Positions 57,143 to 64,000 of a stretch of 64,000 nucleotides of DNA are shown one piece after another. The DNA is from a virus, in IMG/VR virus record IMGVR_UViG_3300033182_000538, positions 1-64,000 of that record; one strand, written 5' to 3'. The translations under genes and the position numbers were made by a program. Numbering within the stretch: the first letter of the stretch is position 1; every line of letters starts with the position of its first letter. The notes below the pieces were generated by a model. That model was not told where the DNA came from, did not search any database, and saw only the letters and a program-made list of their open reading frames with translations.

Positions 57143-57470
57143 AAGGGCTGTTAATAACTTCTCTGTCAGAAATTTTGCTTTTCCGCGCAAAAAACGTATG
57201 AGCCCTCCCCAATTTCTAGCTATACCTTATCACCCCCCTAATCCCTTTGTGTGTTTGTGTTAATTGTGGTAAAATTAAACCTTTGTGAGATTCGGTGGAT
57301 TCTTTGACCCTTACGGCTAGATTCCAATAATGGTAAACAAGGTGTTGTAGTGTATTAATAGTGTGGTGTTTTACTGTAAAGTGGTAAAAGGTGGGAGAAA
57401 ATGGGGGAAATAACACCCGATTTGTGGGGATTCGGAGGGATACGGAGGGCTGAAGGAAGATTTAAAGCAT

Positions 57471-57495
57471 AAAAAAGCCCTCGTGGTGAGGGCTT
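57471..57495 (-). terminator. Rho-independent terminator
   Basis: Minus strand AAGCCCTC-ACCAC-GAGGGCTT-TTTT. Confidence 0.8.
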
Positions 57496-57596
57496 GGAAA
57501 GTTTGGTGGTACGGAGGGGTCGTTCTACCCTTGTTCCAGCGTTATTCAGCTAAAATAATTCTTTCTAATTACGAGGTAATTAGTGTCTCGTAAATA

Positions 57597-57815
57597 CTAC
57601 TCTTGTAGTATTATACGACCGTAGTTATGGTCTTCTCTGAACCATTTATAGTCGTGTTCGTGTAGAAAGTTCTCTACTATCTCTATCATATAAGGTGAAT
57701 TGCCTGTAATGATTGACCATCCTTCAGTAGAATGGTATCCTAATAGGTTCTCTTCTAATAAGGGAATTACTTCTTTGTGTGTTACTCCGTGAAGGTCTAT
57801 TCTATTATTTTTCAT
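57597..57815 (-). CDS. Stand-alone Smr-domain-like protein
   Basis: IDLHG...IITGNS...NYG. Confidence 0.75.
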   Translation of the reverse strand: MKNNRIDLHGVTHKEVIPLLEENLLGYHSTEGWSIITGNSPYMIEIVENFLHEHDYKWFREDHNYGRIILQE

Positions 57816-57870
57816 ATATAGACCTTCTTTAAAGAATCCTCGTAGAGGATTATATGTAAATCTACTTGTC

Positions 57871-58071
57871 TCATACTATATGTCCCTTATACATTCTGTT
57901 CATATATTCATAATCCCACAAATTTCTTTCTATCCTATATTGATGGAAATATCTTAGAGACATCAACGAACCTTTCCATTTGAGGGGTCGTTCAATGTAA
58001 AATTGAATAGACTTTGTATGGTGGTCTACGTTAACCCATATCTCTATATCTTTTGGGATTCTCTGCTTCAT
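57871..58071 (-). CDS. Hypothetical protein
   Basis: ORF. Confidence 0.5.
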   Translation of the reverse strand: MKQRIPKDIEIWVNVDHHTKSIQFYIERPLKWKGSLMSLRYFHQYRIERNLWDYEYMNRMYKGHIV

Positions 58072-58256
58072 ATCTTGTATTTCTTCTTGTATTTATCCAC
58101 AAAACCTTCACCCATTCCTACATCCAATATCTCGTATTTATGAGGTATGGGAGGCTTTCGTGTGGTGGTGGAAATTATTCTATCAACCGTCTTATCATCA
58201 AAGGTCTCCATATATACCTTTCCACCCTTTCTTTTCCTATATGTAACTACAATCAT
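58068..58256 (-). CDS. Hypothetical protein
   Basis: ORF. Confidence 0.55.
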   Translation of the reverse strand: MIVVTYRKRKGGKVYMETFDDKTVDRIISTTTRKPPIPHKYEILDVGMGEGFVDKYKKKYKI

Positions 58257-58464
58257 ACTTTAAATCTTTGATTTATATTAGAGACGCTAGTCTCATTATA
58301 TATTAGTGTCTCCAAACCAGTCATCGTACTCATCTTTTAATCCATCCATTAAGGTGGAGTCCCAGTCCTGTAATTCATTTAGAATAGAAGGATTTGGAAG
58401 TTTATCTTCCAAATTTTTCTTGGACACACGATATCGTTCGTGTCCTCCACGATGTGGGTCGGTC

Positions 58465-58665
58465 TTACTCATCTCTACCTTGATTTAAATCATTAAGGAT
58501 TTCTTCTTCGGTAATCTTAATTGAAATGTAAGGTCGTTGTGCGTTGTCTACGATTCTTGACCATTCATCTTCTTGGACTTCTTCGATGTGGGTGTTTGTG
58601 GGCTGTGTCTTGTTTCCGAATGACTTCTTCTTGAACTCGTTGATTAGTTCATAGATGTTTTTCAT
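58465..58665 (-). CDS. Hypothetical protein
   Basis: ORF. Confidence 0.55.
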   Translation of the reverse strand: MKNIYELINEFKKKSFGNKTQPTNTHIEEVQEDEWSRIVDNAQRPYISIKITEEEILNDLNQGRDE

Positions 58666-58666
58666 A

Positions 58667-59065
58667 TTACTCCTTTGTTTTATTTAAAAATATATAATAG
58701 CTCCCTTTAACTATATGTATTACTTCTCTACTAATTGGAGTTAATTTATAGTCTTTTATTTCACTAAAAGTTACAAATTTAACAGACTGATGGTCATTCA
58801 TCTTTGCTTTCCCACTCTCGTACTTCAATAAGAATGGATACACCATTATATCTTTTATCTCTCGTTCGGGTATTAAGTAGTATGGTATCACCCCAATTTC
58901 TAACTCTTCCATCCACTCTCTTTTGACAGCCTCATCGGGCGTCTCATTGGGTTCTATTTTACCACCTGGCAATTCCCACAAATCTGGATATGATATATTG
59001 TCTGACTTTCTCTGACCTATAAGGAATCTATCCTCATCTATTAACATACCCGTTACTATTGTCAT
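58667..59065 (-). CDS. NUDIX hydrolase (MutT-like)
   Basis: WELPGGKIEPNETPDEAVKREWMEELEI Nudix box. Confidence 0.92.
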   Translation of the reverse strand: MTIVTGMLIDEDRFLIGQRKSDNISYPDLWELPGGKIEPNETPDEAVKREWMEELEIGVIPYYLIPEREIKDIMVYPFLLKYESGKAKMNDHQSVKFVTFSEIKDYKLTPISREVIHIVKGSYYIFLNKTKE

Positions 59066-59250
59066 ACTACTATAATTCCTGCTGCTTCGTAATCGAATGG
59101 TATTCCATATTTTTCACTTTGTGTAATCATTACCTCCGTAATCATCCACATTTTTTCTGGTTGTGTATTCCATAAAAGGGAAGTCACAAAGAACTCCCCT
59201 AATATACAATCATCATTTGGAATACCTGCGTAGTGTATCACAAATACCCC

Positions 59251-59628
59251 CTATCGTTTCAATTCTACTTCTACTTCATACTCACTCACGCGTGAGTGTA
59301 CGAATTTAATAATAGAAAGAGCTCTTTTATTGAATTTTGAATCGACAAGGACAAATGTAGCTTCTCTTACGATTTTACCATTATCATATGCCAATTCAAC
59401 CGCTGATAGTTCAGCACACAACTCCCCATTATAATACACATCCGTTCCATCATATGTTAGCCCACTTGTATCAACATTCTTTAATGGATTAACTGCACAA
59501 CTTGTTAGAAATAGAAAGAAAAGTATTAGAATCGCTCCAACGAAGCCAAGACCTACAATCCTATACGAATCTTCCATTTGTTTGGGAGTTCTCCCTTGGG
59601 TACTTCTATATTGTCTTTTATTATTCAT
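59251..59628 (-). CDS. Putative lipoprotein
   Basis: TM followed by FLTSC lipobox. Confidence 0.65.
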   Translation of the reverse strand: MNNKRQYRSTQGRTPKQMEDSYRIVGLGFVGAILILFFLFLTSCAVNPLKNVDTSGLTYDGTDVYYNGELCAELSAVELAYDNGKIVREATFVLVDSKFNKRALSIIKFVHSRVSEYEVEVELKR

Positions 59629-59637
59629 ATTATTAAT

Positions 59638-60243
59638 TTATTGTTCGATTATAAAACTAAACCAATCTTCACCAGCTACGTTAATATTTGGAAAATAGAA
59701 CTTCCAATGATTACCTTTGAAATGTATGGTCTTATAGAATCCTCTTGGGATTGCTGCACCACCTGGCACTCGTTCTGGATTTTCCGTGAAATCCACCTCA
59801 ACGACTACCACCACCTCAAAGAACTTAGCAAGGTCTCTCTCAAATCTCTCCAACTCTTTCCACGGCCCTCTATTGAGTCCTTCGTGTTGTAAAGCACAAT
59901 TTAGATAGGTAAATGTTTTTTTGATTGTTTCTTTATCACAATTGAACGCATTAGCGGGTGCAAGGTGACCTCTATCCCATTCGTTGTCTTTGTAATCTTC
60001 GTTATCTGAAGTATGAACATTATCATATCCATACCACGAGATTCCACTTCGGCCTTGTTCGCCAGTTGGACATTCTACTCTATATTTTAGTTTGATTGGT
60101 TGTTCATAATCCTCAGAGTAGGTAACTGTAAAGATATCAGTTACGATTGTTTTTCTGTCTTGGCCTACTGATGTAAATCCACAAGCCAAGGAGAATCCCA
60201 CAAACAATAGCAACACCCATTTACTCTTCATCATCATCCCCAT
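59638..60243 (-). CDS. DNA/RNA non-specific endonuclease (NucA/EndA type) with signal peptide
   Basis: WDRGHLAPA, TF.YLN.ALQ...LNRGPWKELE, IP.GFYK. Confidence 0.92.
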   Translation of the reverse strand: MGMMMKSKWVLLLFVGFSLACGFTSVGQDRKTIVTDIFTVTYSEDYEQPIKLKYRVECPTGEQGRSGISWYGYDNVHTSDNEDYKDNEWDRGHLAPANAFNCDKETIKKTFTYLNCALQHEGLNRGPWKELERFERDLAKFFEVVVVVEVDFTENPERVPGGAAIPRGFYKTIHFKGNHWKFYFPNINVAGEDWFSFIIEQ

Positions 60244-60784
60244 TTTCTAAATAAACATCCGTTCGTGCTTCTGCCATAAGTTCATCCTTAGCATCGGCTA
60301 CATTATCCCAAAGAGAGTCCCATTTTTCATCGTAGTTCTCATCTTCTGAATTTGGTATTTTATCACTCCAATCCTCAGAGTAATCAACCATCTCACCTCT
60401 CCACATACATCCACCTCCAATGAAGTTTAATCCCTCATCTTCAAATGTGAATGAAATCTCTACATCTTCATCGACCTCGGAAAGAACATTCCATAGTTGT
60501 TCAATCGCTTCCTTTGGCCAAGACCAAGCTGAAGTGGTGTTGATTTCACAATATTCATCTTCGATTTGGGAATCATCAATATAACACCATTTAGCTCCCA
60601 TATCTTCGGTATATTCTCCTCGGTCATATTCTACCGATTCATCAAGGTCGTATAATTTTTTATACCACCACATAGTTTGTTGTTGGTCTTCCCAACTGGC
60701 ACCTCTGAACATATCTATCATTTTTTGATAGACTTCATTGTTGTCAGATGTTACCTCAATCCAAGTCGAAACGTGATTTGCCAT
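60221..60784 (-). CDS. DUF1281/YubB-like acidic protein
   Basis: MANHV, GAKW, TSAWSWP, FEDEG. Confidence 0.65.
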   Translation of the reverse strand: MANHVSTWIEVTSDNNEVYQKMIDMFRGASWEDQQQTMWWYKKLYDLDESVEYDRGEYTEDMGAKWCYIDDSQIEDEYCEINTTSAWSWPKEAIEQLWNVLSEVDEDVEISFTFEDEGLNFIGGGCMWRGEMVDYSEDWSDKIPNSEDENYDEKWDSLWDNVADAKDELMAEARTDVYLENGDDDEE

Positions 60785-60877
60785 TTTATTTTGTATTTGT
60801 TGAACCACTTATTGGTGTAATATCATCCCAATAAATGAAAATTTGTTTATTATTCATTCTAATATACGAAATTATTT

Positions 60878-61533
60878 TTAATTATCCAAAAGTTTTGGGT
60901 CTTCTTTTTCTTCTGGCTTTAAATCATCAGGTAAGTCTTCATTAGAAACCTTTTGTTTGGTTTCTTCTTCTACACGTTTTACACAAAACAATCTATCCTT
61001 TTTATTACCAGTTCCCCATAACCATCCAATTGTTCCTTTGATTCTACTTATTTCTTCTTCTATCTGATTTAAATTCTTTTGTAATATCACCTCATCGTTA
61101 TTGTCTAACTCGTAATCAATATCATATTCCCCAGCGTAAGATAACATAGAGGCCAAGTCTTGTGATTGATATGCATTATTCAATTTCTGAAATGATTCAT
61201 CCGTACCACCTCGGTCAGGATGAAGTTTCGCGGCTAATTTCTTATATAGGTTTTTTACTTTTTTTGGAGCGTTTCTTAACAACTCACGTTGTTCTTCCAA
61301 CTCCTTTTGGCGAGCTTTTCTATCCTCTTCTGCTTTTTTGTAGTGTTCGGTTGGGTCTTCGAATCTGACCTCACCCGTATCTTCATTTACCCAAGCTTCC
61401 TTCGGAGATTGATAGTACTTGGAAAAATACTTATCAAAATCCGAAGTGTAAGTAATCATATCTTCTTTTACAATATCTAATTCAAGTTGGAGATATTCAT
61501 ACTTCAGTTGAAGCATTTTGAGTTTTTTGTTCA

Positions 61534-61534
<1 letters not shown>
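60878..61534 (-). CDS. J-domain (DnaJ-like) protein
   Basis: LYKKLAAKLHPDRGG...FQKLNNAY. Confidence 0.85.
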
Positions 61535-63132
<1,598 letters not shown>

Positions 63133-63729
63133 TTATTTACCTTTTTGTTTTTCTCTTGCTTTTTTAATTTGTTCTGCTCTCCATTGTGGTTGTTTACCAC
63201 GAAGGTTTCCTCTGAGATTGTGGAAACAATTATAACATAAAAATCTTATGTTGTCTTTTTTGTGATTTGTCCAGTCATCATCCATATGGTCAAGAATCAA
63301 TGGTATTGTACCATCAGTCAATCTTTTCTCATTGTAACCACATTGGTGACATTCGTGGGGGAAATCTAAATCTTTTTTATGTGAATTATTAATTAATCGT
63401 TTTTTCAATAGGAATACAGGATATTCAGGATATTTACCATCCAAAATGTCATCCAAAGCGTATTTACCTTGACTAACATTGTATGGTTTTTTAACACCCT
63501 TACCTCTCTGATTCTTGTGTAAGTCCCAAAGAGTTTTTCCTGTTTCTTCATCAATGTATAATTTGGAATACTTTTGATAGGTGGTCAAAGATACATTTAG
63601 GAATCTAGCACCACCTGAGTTTGACTTTGAGTTCTTCATAGCGTATCTAATCTGAGCCTCGGTCAAATTCAAGGGAGTTCTGCCTTTCCCAAGAACGTAT
63701 CCGTTTGATAATTTTTGACCTTTTTTCAT
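63133..63729 (-). CDS. HNH endonuclease-like protein with N-terminal HTH
   Basis: CHQCG...LDH.DDDWTN....NIRFLCYNC. Confidence 0.75.
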   Translation of the reverse strand: MKKGQKLSNGYVLGKGRTPLNLTEAQIRYAMKNSKSNSGGARFLNVSLTTYQKYSKLYIDEETGKTLWDLHKNQRGKGVKKPYNVSQGKYALDDILDGKYPEYPVFLLKKRLINNSHKKDLDFPHECHQCGYNEKRLTDGTIPLILDHMDDDWTNHKKDNIRFLCYNCFHNLRGNLRGKQPQWRAEQIKKAREKQKGK

Positions 63730-63759
63730 TTTCGTAACTCCATTTATAATAAATATGGA

Positions 63760-63999
63760 CTAAGCGTATTTTAAGACTATACTTTCTAAAAATTGGAAAT
63801 CTTTAAATGATAGTGTTATGTTATCCACTCTTACCTTTTGTTCCAAATCATACAACTTTCGTTTGTCTTTATAAGATAGTACTCCTTTTATATGTTTTGG
63901 ATTTGAATATAGTATTGATTTTACACCACTAATCATCATAGAGTGGCGATGTAGTTCATTATGGATAAGTTCACCTATTTCCATAACACTTGAATACAA
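63760..63999 (-). CDS. Hypothetical protein (5' end likely outside the window)
   Basis: ORF at window edge. Confidence 0.5.
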   Translation of the reverse strand: MYSSVMEIGELIHNELHRHSMMISGVKSILYSNPKHIKGVLSYKDKRKLYDLEQKVRVDNITLSFKDFQFLESIVLKYA

Positions 64000-64000
64000 A

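Noticed and set aside
57216-57416. 66-aa minus-strand ORF
   Set aside because: Lies downstream of a terminator with no promoter, has odd composition and coincides with the repeat boxes

Overview
64 kb of a large, AT-rich, T4-like (myovirus-type) dsDNA phage genome. Almost all genes are on the minus strand and read in the standard genetic code. The host is most likely a Bacteroidota (flavobacterial) cell: about 16 intergenic elements match the Bacteroidota sigma-A promoter (TTTG-N~20-TAnnTT(T/A)G), and the window has a DUF4494-like gene and LxSC lipoproteins. Left to right: probable head-packaged polyproteins with Glu-ending processing sites, including an HxGH nucleotidyltransferase/ligase fusion (1-4.9 kb); a tail fibre-like gene; a Mre11-Rad50 fusion, primase and endonuclease I (9.5-14 kb); a baseplate module (14-29.5 kb); a gp55-like late sigma factor, HD hydrolase, ClpP, UvsE and Hsp20 (29.5-36 kb); an accessory/early region punctuated by near-identical ~60-bp promoter repeats (MoxR AAA+/vWA pair, ArfA-like peptide, glyco-modification genes, mgsA, thyA, LPD29-like gene); a motif-dense non-coding region (55.8-57.6 kb); and NUDIX, nuclease, J-domain, GroEL and HNH genes. 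The strongest novelty candidate is the RNA cluster at 44.09-44.58 kb. There, two non-canonical tRNA-Gly(UCC)-like cloverleaves, with hallmarks of non-proteinogenic glycyl donors, alternate with two unidentified structured RNAs between canonical tRNA-Ser and tRNA-Gly. All calls come from reading motifs by eye; no database search was run.
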